From positions 186,001 to 250,000 of the forward strand of contig QPMI01000542.1 in the NCBI GenBank assembly GCA_004431415.1: a DNA stretch of 64,000 nucleotides. Direction: 5' to 3'. Numbering within the stretch: position 1 is the stretch's first letter; each line of letters starts with the position of its first letter. Positions 36,723 to 48,870 of the stretch are shown piece by piece. This DNA comes from Cyanophora paradoxa CCMP329 (lineage: Eukaryota > Plantae > Glaucophyta). The position numbers and the translations under genes were made by a program. Under the pieces are notes generated by a model. It saw only the letters and a program-made list of their open reading frames with translations. It was not told the DNA's origin and did no database searches.

Positions 36723-39228
36723 GGTGCGTGCACGAGAAATATCCTGATAAACGGTGCGGGAATGGGATCGATAGCAGCTCATGCTTTAATCTTAGGACCC
36801 CGAATACGAATATCAATCATATCAATCAGGTACGAATAGGAGGCTGGGGGAACGCAGGATCAAACGCAGCGTCAACGTTAACGTTACAGGGACAGCTGCA
36901 GGTTGCTACTAGTACTCGTACGAGATCTGCACGTGGAGAAGGGCACCGCGCAGTGCTTCGCGCTTGAAGTCGTCCAGAGCAGCGGCGGCCGCGCCCTTGA
37001 TCACGAGGCGGCGCAGGCGCTTGAGGGAGGAGACGGCGACGAATCCGCCCGCAGAGCCGAGGGGGAGCGGCGACTTGACGGTGAGCTTCTGGAGGGAGGG
37101 GACGTCCGAGGCAAGGCGCTGCGGCAGAGCATGCACATAAGCCCGCGGGACGAAGCTAAACACACGTCACGCGTAAACGAAATGATTTATGCTGAGACCT
37201 TCAGGAATGCGCCTGAAATTTCCGTGTGTCCAATGCAAGTAAGGGAAAGGGACGTGAGATTTATCCACTGCTTCACGGACTGCTGAGCGAAGGTCGAGAA
37301 GGCCCTCGATGGCAAAATCAATTCCAGGCCCTGCACTCTACGGTCAACGCGGCTGGATGCGCAAGCATGCGACACCTCATTAATATTATAGAATTATTTC
37401 GATTAAAATAGATTGCGGTAGGGCTCACGTTCAACGCGGTGATCCTTGAAGCAGCAGCAGCGAACGAAGCGGCAGCAGCTTCACCGAGATCTTCTTGATT
37501 GATGATAGCTTGTCGGAGGCTGCCGGCGAGGGGCAGGAGCGCCGAGATGTCCGCTGGACCCTGCATGTTCAGGCAGATGAACTCCAGCTGTCGCATGCCG
37601 CTGAGGAAGCCGGTGTGCGAGTGATGAACAGAGACGTCGTATGCTAATCGAGGATGCTGTACACGTCAGCATATATAGTTTACATCAGCATAAGCCTCGC
37701 AACTGCCTCTCACCGCGCAGAGAAGAAAGGCCGGAGAGCGGCTGCAGATCCGCTTCGGAAGCGCTTGGCCAGAACCAGGAACCCTCCTCGTCAAAGAACG
37801 CTGCGAAACGTGCTTTATCAGAAGCTAAAGATTGCCGGCTACGAAATAAACCGATTGAATAGCGTATACGTACTCATTCGCAGATGCTCCAGCTTCTGGA
37901 AAGCAGCGACCGACGAGAAGACGGGAAGCAGCGCACCGTTGACAATGAAGCCACAGGCCAATCGCTTTAGCGTGGGGGCCAGCGGTGCAAGAGCTTGCAG
38001 TGTCTCGAAGGATATCGGAAAACTTTGCGGAAAAATTAAAGGTGTTAACAAATGAAGGTTGTTGCGAGGCTGGGGCTCGAGAAGGGTGGCTCACTTGACT
38101 AATGCCAACGCCTGCAATGGAAGCGAAGCCAACGCCTGCAGGGCGCCCTGGAAGATCGGACCAGCCACCACACTGATATTCTCCTTCGGCCAGACCTTCG
38201 ATCCTTCCCTAATGAACAACTGAAAGTGCGACCGAGATCAGCGGATGTTGGGATTCGAGAGAAAGGCAATCGCTACCTGCTCGAGGCGCGAAAAGTGCTG
38301 AACTGCAGGCAGAACAGCCGGAGAAAGAGGACCTTCGAATAACATGCCCAGCTGTGTGAGCTGCCCGCCAAAACATTTGCTCAACTTGATGAATGAGTCG
38401 CCGCTGGGATTGCCGTTCGCCAGAACAAGAGAGCGCAGAGCTTCCCGGCGTTTTCTCGGCTGGTCAAGAAGCGCATCGATGAATCTGTCGCTGGCTAATT
38501 GGGATTGCATGCGCTCCCAGAGGCTGGGCTGCTGGGCCAGGCTGCGGAAGCGACGGCAGACGTGGCTGAGCCGCACGAGCTGGTCGAGAAACTGATCGGT
38601 GCAACGACGGGAGCCAGAACACTCCTTGATCAACCCGATTTCGAAGTAGCTCCACTCCGACGCCTCCCCGATGATGCGCGAGACGAGCTCGTCGGGCAGC
38701 GCGTCGAATGGGCTGCCGCCGGCCGCCATCGCCCCCTCCGGCGAGAGCATCGCAGTGGGGGCTGCGGACAAGCTTAAGGTGCATCGATATATCTCGAATC
38801 GCGCAGAATCCGCGAAGAATTCAGTTGCAAGAATTCAGGGTTTAAATTGCATTATTGCACGCAGCTGCAGTTCTAAGGTTCGAAATCGATTCGCCGACCT
38901 GCCGGCAGCGCGTCTTCCGCCCTCAGCCGCTTCGCCGCCCCCTCGCGCTCCAATGATCGATATCGTGCAAATTTAAAGGCCCTGGGATTCGTGTCAGGAT
39001 CTTCGTCCACAAAATGTACGTATACGCATACAGCGCACGTTGACCAAGCAGACACCCTGCTCGCTCTCGTGCCGCAGCGCTCGCGATCGCTCGGGGCAGC
39101 GCGCTTAAGCTTGCAATTCTTGTACCACGGCGGCCGCGGCAGGTAAATGTTCACGGTTTTCCCCCTACCAATTAACTTAGGCGCAACTTTTTTCAACAGT
39201 ATATATATATACGTCTCCTCTACACTTA
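36723..39228. repeat. Segmental duplicate of about 32344-34903
   Basis: Near-identity across exons, introns and flanks at an offset of about 4.3 kb. Confidence 0.9.
36909..38954 (-). CDS. F-box/LRR protein, copy C (exon-1 start reads TTG)
   Basis: F-box ORF 38238-38771 plus LRR exons; ends ISYEY*. Confidence 0.75.
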
Positions 39229-39562
39229 ACAAGCAGGGGGGCAAGCCCCCCCCGCACCCCCCCATTAACTGATGATCGATATCATGACCGTCGGACATAG
39301 CGCTAGCTATAGCGATCGCACGCGAATTCGAAAGAAACTTGCACGCAGAAATGAATTTTTTCGCGATCTGGAATTCGAAGCATGTATACGTAGATCTAAA
39401 TCTGCAGCTGAACTTCAATCCAATCGAGAAACGCGCAGCGTTGACGTCAGCGCCATACGCGTCGCGTCGGCCGCGCCGACCTCGATCTAGACTCTCAGAT
39501 CTTGAGCTTCGGAAGCGGAGCTATAAGATCTAGCGATAGATCGGAACTGTTACAATTAGCTA

Positions 39563-40516
39563 TACTAAGTTATAACTTATTACTTATGACGCATGCGGAC
39601 ACCCGTAAAAAAACTCAGTTCTCACGGAACGGCCGAGCCAAAAATCTTCGGTAACTTGATTGAGGTCAGAAAACTTACCTTAGGGTTGTGTCAACGCATA
39701 TGAGAACACAGTGTGGTATACGGTATATAACACCAGATTAAGGAACTGAAATTTTTACTTTCCGCGTTAATATTAGGTACCGCGCTTATTCTCGAAATCC
39801 ACTGCGAGAACGCCAGATACATTACCCCCAAGTGAAACTAAATTCAAAATGTCAGCGCGTTAATTTAATAAAAAATGGCAATTTTGATTTTGCCCCCCCC
39901 GCGGATCGATATCGATCGATCGAAGATCAGTTTAGGTTTTAAAGAAATTTTCATGCATGAAGTTCGCAGTCCCAGTGCCTACGCGCGTTCCACGCGCGTA
40001 CCGCGCGCGCGCGCGCGTCACGGCGTACGTACTGGTACGGACCGCCGGGACCGGGTCGGACCCGTACGGTTACTACGGTACGTGCCACCGTGGCACGGTG
40101 CGCCGCCACGGACCACGGTGCGCGTCGTGACCGTCGGACCGTGTGACCGTCGGACGCGGCCCGGCGGGGCGAGTCCCGGGCGACGCGAGCCGCCGGCCAG
40201 GCGCCGCTCGCGACGACGACTCGTCCACTTGCAATTGAGTCAACGTCATGACTGTGACTCTGTGAGCTGCCAGGCTGTCGGGCAACTTCTTAAAAAAAAC
40301 CCTTCACCCCCGGGCCAGTACGTATATATACGATCCGACTCGGCGTCGACTCGGCGAGTTGGCGTCGTAACTTGGCGATCGGTTGACGTGTGTCACCAGT
40401 GACTCACCACTGTACGTTACGGTCCCGCGCGAGTCGAGTTTTCCCCAGCAGTTTACTAGAGTTAAGCTGGCCAGTGGCGTGCATGGAAAGTGGTAGATAA
40501 CGGAAGTAACGGAAAG
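39563..40516. repeat. 954-bp direct repeat copy 1
   Basis: Apparently identical to 41327-42280 (offset 1764; identical ORF translations). Confidence 0.95.
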
Positions 40517-40870
40517 CTTAAGTGGCGGATAACGTTTTAACGGACGTTTCCGGAAAGTAACGGACAGCTTAAGTGGCGGATAGCGAAAAGTAACGGAAAG
40601 TAACGGAAACACGTGCCACGGTGTGCACTGTACATGTAGTCTGCCGCTGTTAACGTTCTACTGCTATAGCTACTGTAGGCTTTAAACGTAGCTACAGGCT
40701 ACAGCCTGCAGCAGCAGCCGCTGAGCTGTCGTTACCCGGCCGCGGTTGCGCTTATTTAGCAACCGTGTACATACCGTAGTACGTATATATATACTAGTGC
40801 TACTGCGCATGCAGCTAGCCGTTGAGCGCTGCTGCGCATCCTTGCAATTGTGCAGACGGAGCACATCATG

Positions 40871-41320
40871 ATCAGCAGGTAAATTCGAAGTCAACGCGTA
40901 CGCGTACGCAGCGCTAGCGAAAATTAATTAAACAGTGATTATTTCGAAGCCGCTGAGCACCCGTTCCTTAAGTAGCGCGACTGTATATTCGAATACGTAT
41001 ACGAAGCCGAGGAAGATTATTCTTTTGTCCTGAAAACGTCTGCATGTAAATTTCTTTCTTCCTGCATGTCCGACAGTCATGGTCATCAGTAAATGGGGGG
41101 GTGCGGGGGGGCTTGCCCCCCTGCTTGTTATATATTTCGAATCTTGCGCAGTTTGCCAGAACGACGGACGTTTTCAGGACAAAAGAATTCGAATAATCTT
41201 CGCGGCCGCCGGGCACTTCACGATCCGGAGCGGGTGCTTATAAGCAGCGGCTTCGACAAAATCAGGATCACTGCTTTCGCGATCGCAATCGCTGCGTTGA
41301 CTTCGAATTCACCTGCTGAT
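40871..41320. mobile_element. Fold-back/MITE-like element with long imperfect inverted arms
   Basis: ATCAGCAGGTAAATTCGAAGTCAACGC pairs with GCGTTGACTTCGAATTCACCTGCTGAT; inner arms 41006-41040 and 41168-41206. Confidence 0.7.
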
Positions 41321-41326
41321 GCGCCG

Positions 41327-42280
41327 TACTAAGTTATAACTTATTACTTATGACGCATGCGGACACCCGTAAAAAAACTCAGTTCTCACGGAACGGCCGA
41401 GCCAAAAATCTTCGGTAACTTGATTGAGGTCAGAAAACTTACCTTAGGGTTGTGTCAACGCATATGAGAACACAGTGTGGTATACGGTATATAACACCAG
41501 ATTAAGGAACTGAAATTTTTACTTTCCGCGTTAATATTAGGTACCGCGCTTATTCTCGAAATCCACTGCGAGAACGCCAGATACATTACCCCCAAGTGAA
41601 ACTAAATTCAAAATGTCAGCGCGTTAATTTAATAAAAAATGGCAATTTTGATTTTGCCCCCCCCGCGGATCGATATCGATCGATCGAAGATCAGTTTAGG
41701 TTTTAAAGAAATTTTCATGCATGAAGTTCGCAGTCCCAGTGCCTACGCGCGTTCCACGCGCGTACCGCGCGCGCGCGCGCGTCACGGCGTACGTACTGGT
41801 ACGGACCGCCGGGACCGGGTCGGACCCGTACGGTTACTACGGTACGTGCCACCGTGGCACGGTGCGCCGCCACGGACCACGGTGCGCGTCGTGACCGTCG
41901 GACCGTGTGACCGTCGGACGCGGCCCGGCGGGGCGAGTCCCGGGCGACGCGAGCCGCCGGCCAGGCGCCGCTCGCGACGACGACTCGTCCACTTGCAATT
42001 GAGTCAACGTCATGACTGTGACTCTGTGAGCTGCCAGGCTGTCGGGCAACTTCTTAAAAAAAACCCTTCACCCCCGGGCCAGTACGTATATATACGATCC
42101 GACTCGGCGTCGACTCGGCGAGTTGGCGTCGTAACTTGGCGATCGGTTGACGTGTGTCACCAGTGACTCACCACTGTACGTTACGGTCCCGCGCGAGTCG
42201 AGTTTTCCCCAGCAGTTTACTAGAGTTAAGCTGGCCAGTGGCGTGCATGGAAAGTGGTAGATAACGGAAGTAACGGAAAG
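41327..42280. repeat. 954-bp direct repeat copy 2
   Basis: See copy 1. Confidence 0.95.
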
Positions 42281-42479
42281 TGTTTTTTTTAAAGATCTAC
42301 GGCGGGCGTACCCACTCGTAGTACACAACGAGGATACAAGTCACGGTATCAGGAATCACGGGGATTCGAAGTACAACGAAGCGGAAACAGCAGGAACAGC
42401 ACGTCACACGGCGTGCCGCAGTGCAGGCACTGCGGCAGCAGGCAGTCAACACTCAACGAAGCTCATATAGCGGTCACGC

Positions 42480-42910
42480 GCGCAGGAGGGCCCCGGCGGG
42501 GCGGGGCGGGGCGGGGCGGGGCGGGGCGGACGCGGAGGGGCGTGGCGGGGCGGGCGGGGTGGCGGTCGGCGGCGAGGGTCGCGTGGTGGGCGACGAGGAA
42601 CTCGAACGAGGCCGCCAGCAGCGCCCCCAGCCGCCCCGCCTCCCCGAACACCTGCCCCCGCCCCGCCCCTCAGCTGTACCCCCCGAGGGGGGGGGGAGAG
42701 GGCCCGCCTGCTTCTCGACGTCGACGGCGCGCGCGGCGCGCAAGGCTGACTCGTAGAAGGCGCTGGGGCGGGGCGGGGCGGGGGTACGGGTCAAGCGGGG
42801 GCTGGCCCCGGGGCGGGGGGTACGGGCACCGGTCCTCGGCGAGGCGGCGGACGAGGGCGACGAAGGCGGCGTCCGTGTCCGCCACCAGCTCCGCCATTCC
42901 TGCCTGCAGC
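42480..42910 (-). pseudogene. 3' fragment of the GT41 gene
   Basis: Same exons and same junction linker as 26585-27128. Confidence 0.85.
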
Positions 42911-43002
42911 TGGCTCGCCCCGGCCCCCGGTTGGGAAACGGTCGTCGAAAAATACCTGAGAGGCCCGGCATCTATAGCTATAGCTAACCGTCTAAGCTTT
43001 CT

Positions 43003-43118
43003 GCGCCCCTCCCCGGCCCCCGTACCCCCCGCCGACGCCGTACCCCCCGCCAGGTCGCTGCTGGTGGCCGCCGAGCCGCGCCTGCTCATCTCCGCCTCCC
43101 GCGACTCGACGATCAAGG
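43003..43118 (+). pseudogene. Single WD40 exon fragment
   Basis: SLLVAAEPRLLISASRDSTIK. Confidence 0.8.
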
Positions 43119-43448
43119 TGCCCTCCCCGGCCCCCGCGGCCCCCGGCCATTAGAGCCATGCGTGTGTATATATGCCGGCCGCTTAGTTTGGTGCCGTCTC
43201 CGTTCCTAACCGCCAGAACTTCGGAACTGTGCAGAGGGGTAGCTAGGATCCGGAGATGCTAGGGTAGCTTGTTTACATGAGCACCCGACCTCGAAATAGA
43301 GCATCAGAAATATGTACAAGCGCGCGCCGACATTTGCGTGTATGACGGTATGACGGGCAAGACAGGCCTAAGGGCGAGTGCTGGGAACGCCAAATTAAAC
43401 GCCTTCAGTCGAGACTCGCCTCCATGGATACTGAGCTGTGGCCTGTAG

Positions 43449-45642
43449 CTACTCGTTGGAATCCTCGAAGACTATCTGCGAGTTGAGCAGGGAGGCTTGC
43501 AATGCTCTCCGCGCGTCCTTGTCGAGAGCGGAGACGGCGTCTCCCTCGATCACAAGGCGGCGGAGTGTTTCAAGGGAGCCCACGGCAACGACGCCCTTCG
43601 CGGATGAGAAGGGAAGCGGCGACTTGACGGTGAGCTCCCGGAGGGAAGGCACGTCGGAGGCAAGGCGCTGCAGAGTAGAGAGCGTGAGCGGGCAACTAAA
43701 CAAATTTAAAGAGTCGCAAAACCGATGGCCGACTTTCAGAAAAGCGCTAGGAACTTCTGTTGAAACATCCTCCATGCATTCGACGGTGAGAGACTTGAGA
43801 TTCGTCCACCGCTTCACGGAGAGCTGAGCCAAGGCCGAGTAGGTCCTCGATGGCAGCAGGAGAGTCAGATTCTGTGGTCTCCGGGTTACACAATTGAAAA
43901 ATTTATTCCGATTATATATTATTAATTAGGGCATCATACAACTCGACTGGGAGCCACTAGTACTGGTGCGCATGCTCACCTCTAATGCAGAGAGCGACAA
44001 TGCAGCAGCAGCAGCGAACGACGCGGAAGCGGCTTCATCGAGATCTTGGCGCGTGAGGACGGCGTGTCGCAGGCTGCCGGCAAGGGGCAGGAGCGCCGAG
44101 ATGTCCGCTGCGTCTTCCATGCTGAGGGAGACGTACTCGAGCTGCCGCATGCCGGACAGAAAGCCAACGTGCATGTGATTCACCATGAATGCATAAACTG
44201 CAGATGGCCGAGGAGACTGAGTTGAGATGCGCGCAAGCCTCGTGAATTAAAATCAATCCTATCACCGCGCAGGGAGGACAGGCTAGAGAGCGTCTGCAGG
44301 TTCGCTTCGGAAGCTCTCGGGAAGAATTTCGACCCGTCCTTGTCGTGGAAAACTGAGGAGAGGCGGTCACACAAATTAAACACAGGTACAGTAAAAAAAG
44401 AACTGAACAGACAGCGCACCCATTCGCAGCTGCTCCAATTTAGGGAAAGCAGCAATCGAAGAGCACACGTCGACGGGAAGCAGAGTACTAGTGCCCTCAA
44501 CAATGACTCCGCAATCCAGCCGCTTCAGCGTGGGGGCCAGCGATGCGAGGGCTTGCAGCGTCTCGAGGGTCATTGGAACACTGTGCGGAAAAGAAGTTAA
44601 CGAATTAAGATTGTCGTGAGGGTGGGGCACGAGAACGCGTGATCGTGACTCGCTCGATCAATGCCAAAGCCTGCAGTGGAAGTGAAGCCAATGCCTGCAG
44701 GGCGCCCTGGACAATCGGCCCGGACACCATTGTGATATTTTCCTTCAGCCAATCGTCCGATACTGCCTGAATGCACAACTGAAAGTGCGACAGCGATGAG
44801 CAGATGTTCAATTAATTTTATATAGTTATATGGATGCGCTTATAATTATATATAGCTAGCACGCAAACGCATTGATACCTGCTGAAGGTTGGAAAAGTGC
44901 CGGATCGAAGGCACCACGCCCGGGGAGACGGCCCCTTTGAAAGTAATGATTAACGATGTGAGCTGCTTGCCTACGGATCCGGACTTGCACAGCTTGGCGA
45001 AGAAACCGTCGCTGAAATCGCCCTCTCCCAGAAAAAGAGAGCGCAGAGCTTCCCGGCGTTGCTTTGGCTGATTGAGAAACGCTTCAACAACTTCGTCGCT
45101 GACTGGTTCGATGAATATGCGCTCCCACAGGCTGGGCTGCAGTGCGAGGCCGCGGAAGCGGCGGGAGACGAGGCTGAGCTGCACGAGCTCGAAGACATCC
45201 TGATCCGTGCAACGATGGGAGACAGCGTATTTGGGGATCGACCCGAGTTCGAAGTAGCTCCACTCCGACGCTTTCGCGATGATGCGGGTGACGAGCTCGT
45301 CGGGCAGCGCGTCGAACGGGCTGCCGCCGGCCGCAATCGCTGTCGCAACGGGCGAGAGCGCCGCCGCGACGGCTGCGGACAAGAAGTCAGAGAAGTCAGA
45401 GGAGAAGGAGGGGGCGGCCGCGGCCGCGGCCGCGACAGCCGAGACTTCGAAATTCGAATGCGCATGCGCACCTTGGCCGGCCGACGCTAGCGCTGTGGAC
45501 GCGCTCGACGATCCTGCCCATGGCCACGCAAGTCAGCGAGAGGTTACGCGGAGGCGCGCGGGCGCTGCAGCTGACCTGCCGGCGGCGCGTCTCCCGCCCT
45601 ATAGCTAGGCCTCGCCCGCTTCGCCGCCCGCTCGCGCGCCAT
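43449..45642 (-). CDS. F-box/LRR protein, copy D
   Basis: Exon 1 MARERAAKRAR(PSYR)AG, F-box ORF 44846-45382, LRR exons, ends IVFEDSNE*. Confidence 0.85.
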
Positions 45643-46221
45643 CTGCCCCGAGAGCACTTCAGTACTGCCTGCGAGTCTCGTCAGCGCGCCCCGCAGGGCT
45701 CGCCTTAAGCTTGCTCACACGGCGCGTGACGGCGCGCGGGCAGCCTGGCAGGCGAGCCGATCTTCGCCAAAACAGCGCACCTTGACTCAGCGACCGCCGC
45801 GCCCGTGTTGGTGGCCGCCGAGCCCGTCCTGGGCAGCGGTTGCGGCGGGACCAAGTGGTCCAAGACTCCAAGTGGACCAAGTCGGTCCTACGGGTACAGT
45901 GCCAAAGCCGCGTCCAAGCCGGCTCCTCTTCGCGACTCCCGCCGAACGCTGCGGTGCGGCGAATCGCCGGCGAGCTCGAGCTCGGAGCACAAGGGGCCAG
46001 CTCAAAGCGGGCCTCGCGTGCGTGGAGGCCGGTCGAAGCGGGCAGCGGTGGAAGGAGCGCTGTTGTGCGAGCTCTGCAAGCGCTCACACCGCACTCGAGC
46101 GGTAGCCATGCGTGAGCGGCGGCCACAGGGCGTCCCCCCAGCGAGTCGATAGCTGCGGCTCGCGCAGCCCGAGCGGGCGGTCCCGAGGCACCGAGGAGGA
46201 GCGCTTCGTGCCTCGGAGAAC
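45643..46221. promoter_or_regulatory. Putative bidirectional promoter module (also at 53712-54244, 58533-59081, 63099-63597)
   Basis: Homologous 500-580-bp spacer between divergent F-box and MER..SL signal-peptide ATGs in four places. Confidence 0.6.
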
Positions 46222-48772
46222 ATGGAGCGCGGTCGCTCGCTTCGCCCGAGCGCGGGGCGGTCGCTCGCGGCGATGGCGGCCCTCTTCCTCGCGGTGGCGG
46301 CGTTCGCGGCGCCGCGGGCGCGGGCGGAGCTGCCGTTCCTGCAGGAGACGATGGAGGAGGACGCGATGCGGCTGCTGCTCGCGGGAGAGAACGTGAAGCT
46401 CGGCCTCATGCTCCACGCGATCCTCTCGCACTTCGGGAGCCCAACGAACGGCGCCTTCGACCTGCTGGAGACGCGGCGCTTCGTGCGGACGCTGCTCTAC
46501 CTCTTCTCGCTGCCGTCGTTCCAGCTGCGGAACGAGCTCGCGGAGCTGCTGCTCGTGCACAACGCGCTCATCGGCGACCTCGTCGCGCTCTCCGAGGTCC
46601 GCGCGACGGACGAGCTGCTGGACGCGTTCAGCTACAACATGACGCGCGACGTCAACAAGTTCCTCGTCCTCTTCAACGCCCGCTCGAACTACACCGGCGT
46701 GCCCCGCCGCCGCCTCTTCGAGCTCGCCCCGCAGATGGCCTACAGGCACGCCCCGCCCGCCCCGCGCTCCGCCGTCCCGCGGCCGCCCCGCTGAGCTCGA
46801 GCTCGCGCGCAGTTGGTACAACAACTTCATCGTGGCGATCAAGACGGGCGGCGCGGACGAGGCCGTCTTCGAGCGGCTGCGCGCCCACCAGCGCTTCGCC
46901 GCCGAGTACGAGGGGGTCCGTCCGCGCCGTACCCCCCCTCCTCCTCCCCTGTTAGTGTTCGACCCGCGGCGCGCAGGACTTCGTGGGGTACGGCTTCAGG
47001 CTGAACCAGTTCTTCTACGCCCCCTGCATCGACCCGGACTCGCAGGCCTGCCCACCCCGCCCCTCCGCCCCCCCGCCCCGCCCCGCCCCGCCGCCTCTGA
47101 GCCTGGGCCGGCCCCCGCAGGCGGCGGCGAAGATCAAGGTGGCGCGGCAGACGAAGGCGATCTGGGCGGGTACGGGAATCTCCATCAAGAGCTACCCCGA
47201 CCCCAAGCGCATCGCCGTCGTCAGGTACCCCCCATGCTCGCCCTGTACCCCTGCGGCCCGCCCGCTCATCCGGTACCCCAGCGGCATCTGGATCAAGGAC
47301 TCGCCCATCCACGCCGCCTACTACCCCTTCGTCCGCGCCCTGCAGGCGAGCCCGCCGGGGGAGGGGGATACACGGGTCAGGCCCGCGCCGCCGCTGACGC
47401 CGGCGCAGGAGCGGTTCCACGTGAGGCTTGTGCAGCTCGTCGAATCGATGGAGATCCTCGAGAAGAAGGAGAAGGCGCCCTACCCCCCACCTCTGCTCCC
47501 GTACACCTCAGCCTCATCCCCTCGCAGGTCGGGTACGACACGGAGGGCTTCGCGGAGGTGCTGTACGTACCCATCGAGGGCGGCTCCCTCCAGGTGCCCC
47601 CGCACCCGCTTCTCGGCCAGTACCCCTCTCACGCCCCCCCCCCCCCCCCCCCCCAGGTCGGCCAGATCGAGTACAACCGGTTCGCCCTCGCGTACTTCCC
47701 CGACGTCGGCACCATGGACGGTGCGGCCGATTACCCCATACCCGCGCGCCGCTCGCGTACCCCACCCCCCGACCCGCGCGGCCCCAGGGTCGACGGTGCT
47801 GGCGTGCACGCGCCTGGCCCCGATCATGGTTGGTTCGTTCGGGCAGCCCGCCTCTGCGTGGGGTACCGAGGTCCTTCCTCTCGAGTTCTTTCCCTCCCGT
47901 ACCCCCCTACCCCCCCCCCCCAGATCGACTACTTCGTCTCGGGGACGGACGTCGAGCCGCCGGGGGCGGCCGCCCACTACGGCGAGCGCCTGCTCCTGCT
48001 CCCCGGCCTCGGTACCCCCCTCCCCGCGCTCTTCAAGTCGCCCCGGCAAACGCGCGGCCGCGACGCGCAAGGACGGCGTACTACAAGGCGGCCTCGTCGG
48101 GGTACCCCCCCGCGAACGCGAGCGACCCGTTCGCGCCGGGGCCCGGTGGCGCCCTCCCGCCCTTCGTCTTCAACTGCGCCTGGAACGCCCACAAGGCGGG
48201 CGCCCCTCTCGTACCCCCGCCGCCCTCGCCGGCTCCTCATCTCCAGCGCAGGTGGTGTACCCCCTGCTGGGGAAGCTGCGGGGGGTGCTGGAGCGCGCGA
48301 GGCGGCCGGTGCTCTTCCGCTTCTTCGCGGGGCGCATGGCCCCGCACGGCTCCTTCCTCTTCGTCAAGCAGGCGCCCCGCCCCTGGCCTCCAGCCCTTGA
48401 GCTTTCCCTCTCCGGGCCTGATCTCGACTCGCCGGCAGATGGCGGATGCGCTGGGGGGCCTGGGGAGCTTCGAGCTCATTCCGAACGCCGGCCACGACGT
48501 CTACCTCCAGCTCCTCGCCCAGGCCCGCCCCGCCCGCCCCGCCCTAGGCCTTCCCGTCCTCTTCCCGCCCCGCCCCGCCCCCTCCGCCTGACGCCTCGTT
48601 CGTGCAGGGGCACGCCTTCCTCGACTCGCTCCCCTGGAACGGCCACACCACGGTGCCGCCCCGCGCCGGCGCCGTCCCGCGCCCCGCTCTGAGGGCCGCC
48701 CTTGCGCGCAGGCGGTGCACGCGCTCTCAATGGGGATCCCCTTCGTGACCCAGGAGGGCTCCTTCGCCTTCC
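46222..48772 (+). pseudogene. HMW1C-like GT41 glycosyltransferase copy 1, 3'-truncated and joined to the kinesin tail
   Basis: Signal peptide; LFSLPSFQL..KFLVLF; YFPDVG, RLAPI..FGQPAS..IDYFVSG, NAHK, FLDSLPWNGHTT, GIPFVT; one acceptor mutated (GCGCAAG at about 48069); last exons missing. Confidence 0.8.
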
Positions 48773-48870
48773 GTCCGCCCCGCCCGCCCCGCCCCGCCCC
48801 GCCCCCGCCCGCCCGCCCCGTCGTTTTCACTGCTGCACGGCTGACGCCTCCGCCCGCGTGCGCGCGCGCA

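Larger units (their letters stand above)
39229..42411. mobile_element. Composite AT-richer insertion absent from the paralogous site (34904-35001)
   Basis: Flanks align with the copy-B region on both sides; contains 954-bp direct repeats, a fold-back element and an inverted G/C hairpin motif. Confidence 0.65.

Noticed and set aside
39875-40402. 175-aa ORF, duplicated at 41639
   Set aside because: Lies in palindrome-rich repeat DNA with no recognisable domain.
39563-42280. 954-bp repeats as LTRs of a TRIM/LTR element
   Set aside because: No TG..CA ends, primer-binding site, polypurine tract or TSD seen.
46832-48692. 500+ aa six-frame ORFs as real proteins
   Set aside because: They read through GC-rich introns; real motifs switch frames at splice sites.
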